A stretch of DNA of 64,000 nucleotides from an uncultured virus (IMG/VR IMGVR_UViG_3300050821_014397) (IMGVR_UViG_3300050821_014397), one strand, 5' to 3'. Numbered from the stretch's first letter, positions 17,530 to 25,935 are shown. Translations and numbers: made by a program. The notes: generated by a model not told the origin, from the letters alone.

Positions 17530-17646
17530 ACGCGGTCCAAACGGCGGAAAGCTCTCGGGTCTGGCAGGGAGTGGTCAAACCCACGCCCCCTGGCCGGTTG
17601 GTCATCCCTATGACCGGCGTTCAGCCCCTCGCTTCGTTCCGTTCTC

Positions 17647-17799
17647 GCCTACACTCTATAAGATGCGCTGGCTGAGTCATTGGTTACCGCATTTCACCCC
17701 AGCCTCGCTTTTCTTTTGTTTTCGAAGATCTCGCAGGCCGTTGCCGTTTCGCTCAACTGCCTACATATACTAAGATGCGCTGGCTACGTCAGTGGTTAC
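17647..17799 (-). promoter_or_regulatory. Tandem 41-bp direct repeats, putative ECF-type early promoters
   Basis: 17647-17687 vs 17759-17799, 33/41 identical; GTAACC...CGCATCTTA on minus strand. Confidence 0.55.
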
Positions 17800-17953
17800 A
17801 TGGTTTCGAAAAGAATTCCGGGAGCGGGGTGAAATCCTGGGCCGGTGGCTTAGCGGTTATTTCGGATCTTGATATGCGGCTTTACCGGGGAAGCGGTGCG
17901 GGTTGGGGGAAAGGGCCGGACCTGGAGTGCGGCTGGTTGCGGCGGAAACCGGC

Positions 17954-18304
17954 CTAGGAGCGTTCGCTCTTGACCGGGATAGACTCCGCGCTCTCGGCTT
18001 CGACCACCAACGGGGCTGGCCCCAACGCCTTGGCATACAGGCCTTTCAGGTCATTCAGCAAATCGGATCTCGTTTGCTGAAATGCCTTGACCGGCTCCGG
18101 CTGGCGCGCGGCTTTCTCGGCCAGCAGACGCTCGCCGAACTCCACGAGGTACATGGCGGCCTGCATGGCCTCCTTGGCCTGCCTGTGGTCCGGGCTCTGC
18201 GCGATCCGCACCAGACTGGCCAGCCCGTGCGCCACCAGCCCGTAGCCATCACGCGGCACGTAATCCAGTTGCACTTGCGCACCGTTGATACGCGCGGTAG
18301 GCAT
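17954..18304 (-). CDS. Hypothetical protein (possibly small terminase)
   Basis: Isolated ORF in the control region; function is a guess from size and position. Confidence 0.4.
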   Translation of the reverse strand: MPTARINGAQVQLDYVPRDGYGLVAHGLASLVRIAQSPDHRQAKEAMQAAMYLVEFGERLLAEKAARQPEPVKAFQQTRSDLLNDLKGLYAKALGPAPLVVEAESAESIPVKSERS

Positions 18305-18779
18305 GAAACCTCAAGCGTACCTCGGAGACTTGCCCGCCAGTCTCCACAAAGTTCCCGGCAATGGGTGAAATCGTACAGATGCAGGATTGAGGCTGGTTGT
18401 CAACCGGCATGGGGTGAAACTTACGGGTTGCCGCTGGCGTAGCAACCTGCAAGCGCGCCAGAACTCCGTGTTCTTGCCATCTTGTTGAGCCAATTGGACT
18501 TAGCACGGTTTGGCTTGGTTTTGGCTGGATTTCGTACAGTTTGGTCCGGTTTCGACCTGAGCGGCACTGTCAAGAGGCAGTGGGTGAAACGCGGCGGCGC
18601 ACAGTCCCGGCGGCCTGTCAACCCCGCCGAGGGGTGAATTCACCTGTGCGCACCCACCGTACACCCCGTGCCCGTGTGGCACAGGTGAAATCCGAGCGGA
18701 GGGGGCCGAGTTTCCGCCCCATAAATAGCACCCCCCCCCATCTCCGGGTCCCATCCACACGCGGATTAAAAATAACATT

Positions 18780-19060
18780 TCGGAAAAATGAAGGGTCTCG
18801 CGGAAACCCTCGGAAGGGTGAAGGGGGGGGGGGTGTGTGTGGGTAAAGGTAAAATAGGGTATCTTAATATCTCTTTTAAATATATATATATATATATATA
18901 TAAACGGAAAAGCGGTAACCAGCTGCGGCTCAGTAACTTACACCTTCTCACTTTCTCGCCACCCTTCCCTTTTCCGTTCTTCCGCATATTCCACCAACCC
19001 CCTTGTCACCTCTTCCTACCCTTCGAAATACCGTGAGACCCCCACCCCCTCCCCCCCTTC
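18780..19060. other. Putative replication origin
   Basis: (TA)11 at 18881-18902 flanked by oppositely oriented GAAGGG(T) / (A)CCCTTC motifs, at the end of the replication operon. Confidence 0.5.
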
Positions 19061-19388
19061 AGTCGTATTCCCCCATCTTCGCAAGGGCGGCGCGCCGGAT
19101 GGTATCGATTGCCACATCGAACTCCGCGAGGGAATGGATGACGAAGCAGGCGGCACCGGCGCGTTTCCAGGCCTCGAGGCGGGCACACTGCAGGGGGGTG
19201 GGAGACTGGCCCGGGCGCTTCAATTCCATCTCGAAATGGTGGCCGTGCCAGCAGCCGAAAACATCGGGATCGCCGGAGACGGTGAAGACCGAGCCGTGTC
19301 GTTTGCGCCACTGGAGCGCCGGGTCGGCCTGGGCGAGCTTCTTGAGGCGGCGGGTGATCGAGGCGAGGAGCTGGCTCTCGAGGGGCAT
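19059..19388 (-). CDS. VRR-NUC domain nuclease
   Basis: GDPDVFG...EMELKRPG..PTPLQ, PD-(D/E)xK pattern. Confidence 0.85.
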   Translation of the reverse strand: MPLESQLLASITRRLKKLAQADPALQWRKRHGSVFTVSGDPDVFGCWHGHHFEMELKRPGQSPTPLQCARLEAWKRAGAACFVIHSLAEFDVAIDTIRRAALAKMGEYD

Positions 19389-19404
19389 CCGATTTCAGAG
19401 ATTC

Positions 19405-19474
19405 TTATCTTATGCTATGTCATGTAATGAGATGGGATCGGAAGCGATCTGAGCTGATGGTATCGGATCGTATC
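19405..19474 (-). repeat. Pentamer array 3 (14 x [G/C]NT-NN)
   Basis: GATAC GATCC GATAC CATCA GCTCA GATCG CTTCC GATCC CATCT CATTA CATGA CATAG CATAA GATAA. Confidence 0.9.
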
Positions 19475-19481
19475 GAAATCT

Positions 19482-19958
19482 TCATCCCTCCCACTTCGGC
19501 GGCTTGGCGTCGATGCGCTTCGGGCTGGCGGCGGTGGCCAGCTTGCGCGACATCGACAGGAAGGTCTTGCTCAGTTCGCTGAGCACCGCCGAGAAGGCCA
19601 CGTGGGTGACGCGCTGCTCCTGGGTCAGCTTCTCGTCCTGCACGTAGTCCACGATATCTTTGGCCAGCCCGACCTTGCGCTTGCCCTGCTTGACGCGCCG
19701 CTGGGAGGCCTTGATGTGCGCCTGGGGCTCGATCACCGTGTAGCCGTAGCCCGGCTGGTTTTCGAACCACAGGCGGCGCGCCTGCTGCATCTCGGCGCGG
19801 AATTTGTAGAACTGCTGCCGCCCGCGCGGAGTGCGGATGTCCACTCCAGCCAGCTCGCCCAGCACCTCGTAGCTGAAGTTGGTCTCGCCCCGGTCGAGCA
19901 GCGGGCCGATTCCGTCCAGCAGGCGCTTCCACTCGGGATGGCGATAGGTTTGTCCCAT
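19482..19958 (-). CDS. Hypothetical protein embedded between pentamer arrays (wHTH-like N-terminus)
   Basis: FSYEVLGELAGVD...GYGYTV followed by a helical, basic C-terminus. Confidence 0.75.
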   Translation of the reverse strand: MGQTYRHPEWKRLLDGIGPLLDRGETNFSYEVLGELAGVDIRTPRGRQQFYKFRAEMQQARRLWFENQPGYGYTVIEPQAHIKASQRRVKQGKRKVGLAKDIVDYVQDEKLTQEQRVTHVAFSAVLSELSKTFLSMSRKLATAASPKRIDAKPPKWEG

Positions 19959-19969
19959 AAAAGAGTCTC

Positions 19970-20039
19970 TTATCTTAAGTTATCGGATGAAATGACAACG
20001 TATCCTAGCGCAGCATATGCAATCATATGGCAGCATATG
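19970..20039 (-). repeat. Pentamer array 2 (14 x [G/C]NT-NN)
   Basis: CATAT GCTGC CATAT GATTG CATAT GCTGC GCTAG GATAC GTTGT CATTT CATCC GATAA CTTAA GATAA. Confidence 0.9.
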
Positions 20040-20065
20040 AGAACTCTCAAACCTTGGGAAAAGCC

Positions 20066-20130
20066 TTATCTTATCTGACGCCATGAAATCCGATGCCAGC
20101 TGAGCTTATGCGATGGCACCTTATCGCACG
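20066..20130 (-). repeat. Pentamer array 1 (13 x [G/C]NT-NN)
   Basis: CGTGC GATAA GGTGC CATCG CATAA GCTCA GCTGG CATCG GATTT CATGG CGTCA GATAA GATAA. Confidence 0.9.
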
Positions 20131-20136
20131 CGAAAC

Positions 20137-20718
20137 CTATGCGGCGGCCTCTTCCTCGTCCTGTTGCCATGCGCAGTCGATCACGTCACATCGTCCGTAC
20201 AGGCCGCCGTTGCGGGGCCGCCACCGGCCAAAGCCGATGAACTTGCCCATCACCTTGAGGTGCTGGAGGAAGGCGTCCTCGGTGACGATGGGGTCGCCGA
20301 CGTAGAAGGTCACCGTGCCTTCCCATCGCCGCACGATGGGGAAGATTCTCTTCACCCGCCTGGAGCCGCCCCGCTTTCCGTTCGCCGAGCAGAACAGCCG
20401 CTCCTCCTCCAGGGCGTCTTTGTGGACACCCAGATCAATCCCCTCGAGCACAATCACCCCGGCGTCGATATGCTTGGTGTAGGTCGAAGTGCCCTTGCCG
20501 GGAATCTTCATCCCCAGATAGAGCGCCGAGGCCTTGAAGGTGCTGGAGATCATGTTGGCCGGGATGTAGACCATGCCCTGCTCGTCGTAGTGGGCCTTCT
20601 CTCTCCAGGTCCGTTCCTCGTAATCCATGTCTTGCTCGCGCGTCTTCTTCGGCGTCCCGTGGTGCCGGGAAAAGGAGATGGGCGATGCGCTTTTCAATCG
20701 GCAGATTGCTTGTGGCAT
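20137..20718 (-). CDS. Stand-alone Cas7/RAMP-like protein
   Basis: SPI strand, YIPANMISSTFKASA (RAMP IP.S..KG-like), C-terminal Gly-rich loop GKFIGFGRWRPRNGGLYGRCDV. Confidence 0.7.
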   Translation of the reverse strand: MPQAICRLKSASPISFSRHHGTPKKTREQDMDYEERTWREKAHYDEQGMVYIPANMISSTFKASALYLGMKIPGKGTSTYTKHIDAGVIVLEGIDLGVHKDALEEERLFCSANGKRGGSRRVKRIFPIVRRWEGTVTFYVGDPIVTEDAFLQHLKVMGKFIGFGRWRPRNGGLYGRCDVIDCAWQQDEEEAAA

Positions 20719-20725
20719 CGCCAGC

Positions 20726-20754
20726 AGTATCCTGCAATTGAAAAACAAATACAA
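20726..20754 (-). promoter_or_regulatory. Dedicated promoter of the RAMP-like gene (probably leaderless)
   Basis: TTGTAT-17-GATACT, 7 nt before ATG, no SD. Confidence 0.55.
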
Positions 20755-20790
20755 GAGTTTTATCTTTTTAATCTGTAAGGTCGGGCACCC

Positions 20791-20985
20791 TCAGTCCGCG
20801 CTCGCCTCGGCCACCAGCGGGATACTCGCCCCGGCCCGCTTGCGCTTGCGGCGCTCGGGCGCGGTGACGACCAGCTGGACGCGCTTGTTGTCGGCGGTTT
20901 TGAGTATCAGCATCAATGAGCCCGTGTTGGCCTTGGCGGCCTCGGCGAGCGCGAGTAGATCGTCGCGGTTGATTTCAATCTTCAT
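20791..20985 (-). CDS. Hypothetical protein
   Basis: MKIEINRDD..., ATGA overlap. Confidence 0.5.
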   Translation of the reverse strand: MKIEINRDDLLALAEAAKANTGSLMLILKTADNKRVQLVVTAPERRKRKRAGASIPLVAEASAD

Positions 20986-22847
20986 ATCTGCTCCAGAATT
21001 CGTGCCCAGGTCGGGTTCCATGTCCACGCGCCCGCATGTTTGTTGAGGACGCCCGCGTAGACCAGCTTGCTCAAGACTTCGTAGGTTTTGGTCGGCTGCC
21101 AGCCGATCTGGTCCTTGACCTCCTTGGCTTCGAAGCTCTTCCCCCGGAAGACGCGCAGCAGGCTTTGCAGCTCGGGGTAATGGGCGGCCACCGGGCCGTC
21201 CAGAATGAAGTCGTAGTCGAGCGTGGCCTCCCGAAACATGAGGACCGCCTGCAGTCCCTTCAGGTGCCGCCCGCGCACGCTGACGAGGCGGGCTGGATCG
21301 TTGATCGCGAGATTGGGGAAGCGCCCGAGCACGATCTGCGTGTCGCTGCAGGCCTGCATCGCGAACGTGCCTGCGGCCCGGCTGAACAGGTCGAGCGAGG
21401 CGGCGGTCTTGCTGTCGTGGTGGAGGAGCAGGATGGCGCTCTTGGTCTCTATCGCGATCTCGCCGAGCATCATGATTTCCTGAGCGTCCAGCTTGACCAC
21501 GTTCCGCTTCTTGTCGTCTTCGCCGAAGCCGCGCAGCGCGGTGAGCGAGTCGAGCATGACGAACTGGGCCGGACGCCGGAGGATCTGTTCCGTCAGCCAG
21601 GGCCGGAACCCGGGGTCAGAGATCGTGCCCGCATCGCGGGGCCGGGTCACGATGTCGAGCGGCTGGTTGGGCCGACTGGCGCGGCATTTGACGAGGAAGT
21701 CCTGCAGCGAGGCTTCGCCCTGCTGGTCGTCCCACTCGACGATCAGCACACCGGCTCCGCCTTTCACGGTGGTGTAGTTGTCGAACAGAGGCAGGCCATT
21801 GGCAACGCTCATGGCCATCCCCACTCCGAGCACGGTCTTGCCGATTTTGCTCGGCGCGACCAGGAGCGCGATGGAAGGGACGCTGACCATGTCCTCGATC
21901 AGTGCCTGGGGTCGCGTGATCACGCGGTGGCGCAGCTCCTCGATGGGATAGGCCTGGGGCCACTCCACCGGCTTTTTCTCCGGCGGCGGCTGGTTGTGCA
22001 TCCAGGCTTCCTGGTTGTCGAGCCCGAGCAGGTGCTTGGCCCGCTTGTAGACGCGCTCGTCGATCAGCCCGGCGAGCGTGCGCAGACCGGTGATATCCTT
22101 GCCGTCGTCGTAGGACTGAAAGGTCGAATCGACCTCTTTGTCGGCGGCCCTTAGATCCGCCGCCTCCCGCCACTTCACCCGGAAGATGGCGCGCATGAGG
22201 CGCTGCGCTTTCTCGAGCGGCCACGCGGCGCGGCATAAGGCCCCGGCGAGCGCGAGGAAGATCTGGTGGCACGCCCCGTCGCGCGCATGGCGGCCCAGCA
22301 TGATCGCGACCGCCGTGTGCCGGACCCGCTCCATCAGGTCGTTGCGCTCCGCCTTGCCCGGGAAGCCCGCGCCGCCCACGAACTCGATGGGCTCGTCGTT
22401 GGGATGGACCGATGGCGGTGCCATGGTATTGAGGCATTTGCCTCCTTTGTCCTGGCAGCGGATTTCGATCAGGCAGGCCTCTTTCGGATCGTCGACGGCG
22501 GGATCGAGATAGCGGAGGGTGGCGGGCGGCTCGTCGCAGAGGTACAGGTAATGCGTGGGCGTCACCTCTCCGTGCCCCCACTTCATGCCGGTCGGCAGCT
22601 CATACTCGATCCAGGCCCACACGCCTTCCAGGCAGTCGATGTCGATATCGGTCAGGTTCTTGGGGCCGGTGAGGACGCAGAGGTTCTGGCGCTCGCCGTT
22701 GAAGTACTTCTGGAAGTCCTCGGGCGCGGTGATCCGTAGTTCGTTCCAGCCCGGGATCACCGGCCCCTTCTTCATGAAAGGGGCCGGGACCGTGAACATC
22801 TGGCGCTCGGTGAGAAACCACTGCGCCGATTCCCTCGCTTTCATCAT
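20982..22847 (-). CDS. Bifunctional primase-polymerase fused to AAA_25 (RepA-like) helicase
   Basis: KGP..PGW, DIDID, H.LY, APPSVHP prim-pol motifs; APSKIGKT Walker A, VMLDSL, LLHH. Confidence 0.85.
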   Translation of the reverse strand: MMKARESAQWFLTERQMFTVPAPFMKKGPVIPGWNELRITAPEDFQKYFNGERQNLCVLTGPKNLTDIDIDCLEGVWAWIEYELPTGMKWGHGEVTPTHYLYLCDEPPATLRYLDPAVDDPKEACLIEIRCQDKGGKCLNTMAPPSVHPNDEPIEFVGGAGFPGKAERNDLMERVRHTAVAIMLGRHARDGACHQIFLALAGALCRAAWPLEKAQRLMRAIFRVKWREAADLRAADKEVDSTFQSYDDGKDITGLRTLAGLIDERVYKRAKHLLGLDNQEAWMHNQPPPEKKPVEWPQAYPIEELRHRVITRPQALIEDMVSVPSIALLVAPSKIGKTVLGVGMAMSVANGLPLFDNYTTVKGGAGVLIVEWDDQQGEASLQDFLVKCRASRPNQPLDIVTRPRDAGTISDPGFRPWLTEQILRRPAQFVMLDSLTALRGFGEDDKKRNVVKLDAQEIMMLGEIAIETKSAILLLHHDSKTAASLDLFSRAAGTFAMQACSDTQIVLGRFPNLAINDPARLVSVRGRHLKGLQAVLMFREATLDYDFILDGPVAAHYPELQSLLRVFRGKSFEAKEVKDQIGWQPTKTYEVLSKLVYAGVLNKHAGAWTWNPTWARILEQI

Positions 22848-22866
22848 CGGAGGTCAGCCTCCCTGG

Positions 22867-23670
22867 TTAATAGGGCCGGTCGGGGTCGTTGTCTTCCTGG
22901 TCCTGATCGGCCTCGCCGCCGGTGATGTCGTAGGCGGTCGTGTCCACCGTCATCGGCGTGAGCAGGCCGCGCATGCGTTCGTGATAGGGCGCGAGGATTG
23001 CGCTCTCGCTCTCCGGCAGCGCCGTGTAGAGCTGGAAGCGGATCTTCGCGTAGGGTACGCCGCCTGTAGAGGTGGCGGGCTCGAGCACGAGCTTGGTGGT
23101 CACCGTCCAGTAGCTCAGGCCCGCGCTGATCAGGTTGAGCGAGTACTTGGTGAAATTGGCGAGCGAGGTGGGCGGGACGGCGAGCAGGTGCGGCAGCATC
23201 TGGCCGGGCATCAGGATCAAAAGCTCGCGCAGGTCTTTGCAGGCCTGCCCCGGCCCGGCGCTTCCGTCGGCGGCCCGGGCGCTGTTGAAGGCCGCCATCG
23301 GGCAGTCGGTGCAGTTGCCGCCCGGATCGCCCTCGCCGATGAAGCCGTCCTTGCTGCTGCAGTCGGGCGGCCCGACGCGGCCTACGCCGAAGGGCTTCTT
23401 CCAGTAGGCGCGTGCCTGCCGGAAGGCGGTGATCACGCCGGTCACGCTGCTCCGGCGCTCGACCCCGCCTGGGGTCTCGACCTTGAAGTCGCGGTCGTCG
23501 CCCGAGGGCACCTTGATGCGCGCGAGTGAGCGCGGAGAGAACTGCTGGCCGCCCAGGTTCTCGTCGATCAGGGCAAGCACCTTGCGCATCGCCCCGGGCT
23601 GGAGCAGGGGATAGTCCTTGCGCACGGTGGGCACTTCAATCGTCTGGTTGTCGTCATTCTGCGGATTCAT
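22867..23670 (-). CDS. Putative ssDNA-binding/recombination protein
   Basis: PDCSSKDG..G...CTDCP..F...GQACK, VPPTSL, acidic tail. Confidence 0.6.
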   Translation of the reverse strand: MNPQNDDNQTIEVPTVRKDYPLLQPGAMRKVLALIDENLGGQQFSPRSLARIKVPSGDDRDFKVETPGGVERRSSVTGVITAFRQARAYWKKPFGVGRVGPPDCSSKDGFIGEGDPGGNCTDCPMAAFNSARAADGSAGPGQACKDLRELLILMPGQMLPHLLAVPPTSLANFTKYSLNLISAGLSYWTVTTKLVLEPATSTGGVPYAKIRFQLYTALPESESAILAPYHERMRGLLTPMTVDTTAYDITGGEADQDQEDNDPDRPY

Positions 23671-24184
23671 CGTTCGTCTCCTGTTCTTCCTGGTTGATTT
23701 CCTGTTCGAATTCTTCGGCGTAGGCCCGCGCCTTTTTCTGCACGCGGATGCTGAAGGCCGGTTTGATGTTGAGAATGTGGGCGAGCGCGGGCGGCAGGAG
23801 CTTCTCGAGCGCGCCCGGCTGGAGCCCGCTGATCAGCTTGTGATGATCCTCGAGGTCCTTGATGTATTTGGTCAACGACTGCGTCGAGTAGTTCTCGCTC
23901 ACCATGCGCCCGAGGCCGCTGATCTTGAGCGCCTCGCAGACCATCGGGCGCGAGACGCCGGTGATCGGATAGACCCAGGGCTCGCGGTGCGGGGAGACCA
24001 GATAGTTTTTGACGGCGAAGCAGGGCAGGCCGGTGGCGCTCAGGTAGCCGACCAGGGCCGGTTCCAGCGTCTTCAGCTGGCCGTCGACTTCCTTTAGGCG
24101 CTCTTTGAGCGCGCGCTTCTCGAGCGTCAATTCGACGAAGCGCGCGGCGGCCTGATATTCGGGCGTCTCAACTAGTGACGACAT
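23654..24184 (-). CDS. Hypothetical replication-module protein
   Basis: N-terminal coiled coil; position in operon. Confidence 0.65.
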   Translation of the reverse strand: MSSLVETPEYQAAARFVELTLEKRALKERLKEVDGQLKTLEPALVGYLSATGLPCFAVKNYLVSPHREPWVYPITGVSRPMVCEALKISGLGRMVSENYSTQSLTKYIKDLEDHHKLISGLQPGALEKLLPPALAHILNIKPAFSIRVQKKARAYAEEFEQEINQEEQETNDESAE

Positions 24185-25598
24185 GCTGGGCTCCTTTTTT
24201 CTTCAGTTGTTCGAGGACCGGCCCGGCGAGATCGCCTTCTCCCAGGACACTGTCGATCAAGTCGCGCCGGGCCTCGATGGCGCGCAGGATGTATGCGTCG
24301 ATGCTATCGGCGACGACGAGGTGGTAGAACACGCAAGGCCTGGACTGCGGCGGTCGGTGGATGCGCTTGCGCGATTGCAGGTAGTTGGCGAGCGAGAAGT
24401 CGAGCGAGTAGTAGATGGCCACGCGCGCCCGGGTCAGGTCCACGCCCACGCCGCCACTCTGGATCTGCACGGCGAGCACGACCGGATCGCTAGCGAGCTG
24501 CCACGCGCGCAGCTCGTCCTTCGAGCCGGACAGTTCCATCGAGGCGAGCCCGGCCTTCGCGCTCGCGCGGTGGACCGCTTCGAGATCGGCCCGGAAGCGG
24601 CAGAAGACCACCACCGGCTCGCGCAGATCCATCAACAGTTCACAGAGCAGATCCTCCTTGGCGGTGTCGATCTGGTGGCGCGTGCCGCCTTCGTCTTCGA
24701 GCGCGCCGCCGGTGATCTGGGCGAGGCGCAGGAGGCGCACCAGGGCGTTGGCGGCGGTGGCCTGCTGGGTGCCGATCCAGGCGATCATCTCGCGCTCCAT
24801 CTCGCCATAGATGCGCGCACCCTCTTTGCCCATGACGGTGGTGCGCGTCTCGTCGAGCACGGCGGGCAGCGCGAGCACGCTCTCGTCCACCTGGAAGGCC
24901 AGCTCCTTGAAGCGCGCACGCAGCCCGTCGAGATTTCTCCAGCCGACGATCTCTTTGTTGAAGTAGCCGCCCATGATGGCGTACTCGTTCTTGAAGCGCC
25001 AGTAGCTGCGGTCGAGGTGGAAGGGGTTGAGGAAGCGGAACTGCGCCCAGAAGTCGATGGGCAGGTGCGGCATGGGCGTGCCGGTCAGGCCCAGCCGCCG
25101 CCGCGCCATCAGGCCGACCTTGGCCAGCCACAGCGAGGTGCGGCCCTGCGGCTCTTTCGCCCGGTGCAGCTCGTCGGCGATCACCATGTCCCATAAGCGG
25201 TTCGCCGCCCAGCTGCCGAAGGGGGCAAGGCGCGCCGCGTCGTAGTTGATCACGATGGCCACCGGCTTATGGCGCTCCCGGCCCCAGCTGAGGATGCGCA
25301 TCGCTTCCTTGTGCTTGCGCTCGACCGTGTAGCCTGCGCGGTCGTCAAGCGCCAGGACGTGGAAGTAGCCGGGGGCATAGCGGGCGAACTGCTGCTCCCA
25401 GGTGGGGACTACGCGCAGGGGGCAGGCGACGAGCATCTCCTTGACGCCGTCGTCCACCGCCAGCTCGGCGGCCACCCGGCTCTTGCCCAGGCCCATGGCG
25501 AGCGCCAGCATGGCTCCGTTCTGCTGGCGGCTCCACAGGCCGCGTACGAAGCGGAAGGCCTCCTCCTGGTGCGGCCAGCGCGGCGGGATCGGGCTCAT
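24168..25598 (-). CDS. SNF2-family helicase
   Basis: MGLGKS, DELH, LTGTP, GGVGVDL, QSRKRIHR motifs. Confidence 0.92.
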   Translation of the reverse strand: MSPIPPRWPHQEEAFRFVRGLWSRQQNGAMLALAMGLGKSRVAAELAVDDGVKEMLVACPLRVVPTWEQQFARYAPGYFHVLALDDRAGYTVERKHKEAMRILSWGRERHKPVAIVINYDAARLAPFGSWAANRLWDMVIADELHRAKEPQGRTSLWLAKVGLMARRRLGLTGTPMPHLPIDFWAQFRFLNPFHLDRSYWRFKNEYAIMGGYFNKEIVGWRNLDGLRARFKELAFQVDESVLALPAVLDETRTTVMGKEGARIYGEMEREMIAWIGTQQATAANALVRLLRLAQITGGALEDEGGTRHQIDTAKEDLLCELLMDLREPVVVFCRFRADLEAVHRASAKAGLASMELSGSKDELRAWQLASDPVVLAVQIQSGGVGVDLTRARVAIYYSLDFSLANYLQSRKRIHRPPQSRPCVFYHLVVADSIDAYILRAIEARRDLIDSVLGEGDLAGPVLEQLKKKGAQHVVTS

Positions 25599-25834
25599 GG
25601 CCACATCCCGGCGCGCTCGAGCGCGAGCGTGAGCAACAGGAGCATCTCCAGCTCCTTGCTGGTATAGGCGCGTTCGGGATGGCGCAGGCGGTTGACCAGG
25701 ACACGCAGCACCTCGCCGGTGAAGGTGGGCGAGCGCAGGGTGTCGGCCAGCGCCGCGATCCGGTCAATGGTATGTTTTTTGTCAGAAGTTTTAAATTTTT
25801 CTTGTATATTTAAATCGGAGATAGGGACGGGCAT
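25595..25834 (-). CDS. Small protein heading the replication operon
   Basis: First ORF after the leftward promoter. Confidence 0.55.
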   Translation of the reverse strand: MPVPISDLNIQEKFKTSDKKHTIDRIAALADTLRSPTFTGEVLRVLVNRLRHPERAYTSKELEMLLLLTLALERAGMWP

Positions 25835-25906
25835 GGTTCGGTGTCGGGTCCTTTCTGCCGTCCGGTTCCCGGGAAGGAGTTTCGGGCGGCTTTGGAGACG
25901 CATCTG

Positions 25907-25935
25907 ATTCTGCTCGCAATGCAGGTTCCTGTCAA
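25907..25935 (-). promoter_or_regulatory. Leftward sigma70 promoter overlapped by an operator-like palindrome
   Basis: TTGACA-17-CAGAAT; overlaps TGCAGGTT-N14-AACCCGCA (25920-25949). Confidence 0.65.

Noticed and set aside
19420..19932. 170-aa ORF reading into pentamer array 3
   Set aside because: Alternative frame overlapping the better 19482-19958 ORF; its tail is only the translated repeat
19405..20130. CRISPR array
   Set aside because: No repeated 23-50 bp direct repeat with unique spacers; the period is 5 nt, and no cas1, cas2 or other cas genes are present
20700..20740. Full operator palindrome at the RAMP-like gene promoter
   Set aside because: Only one good half-site (TGCAGGAT on minus); the partner at N14 matches 5 of 8
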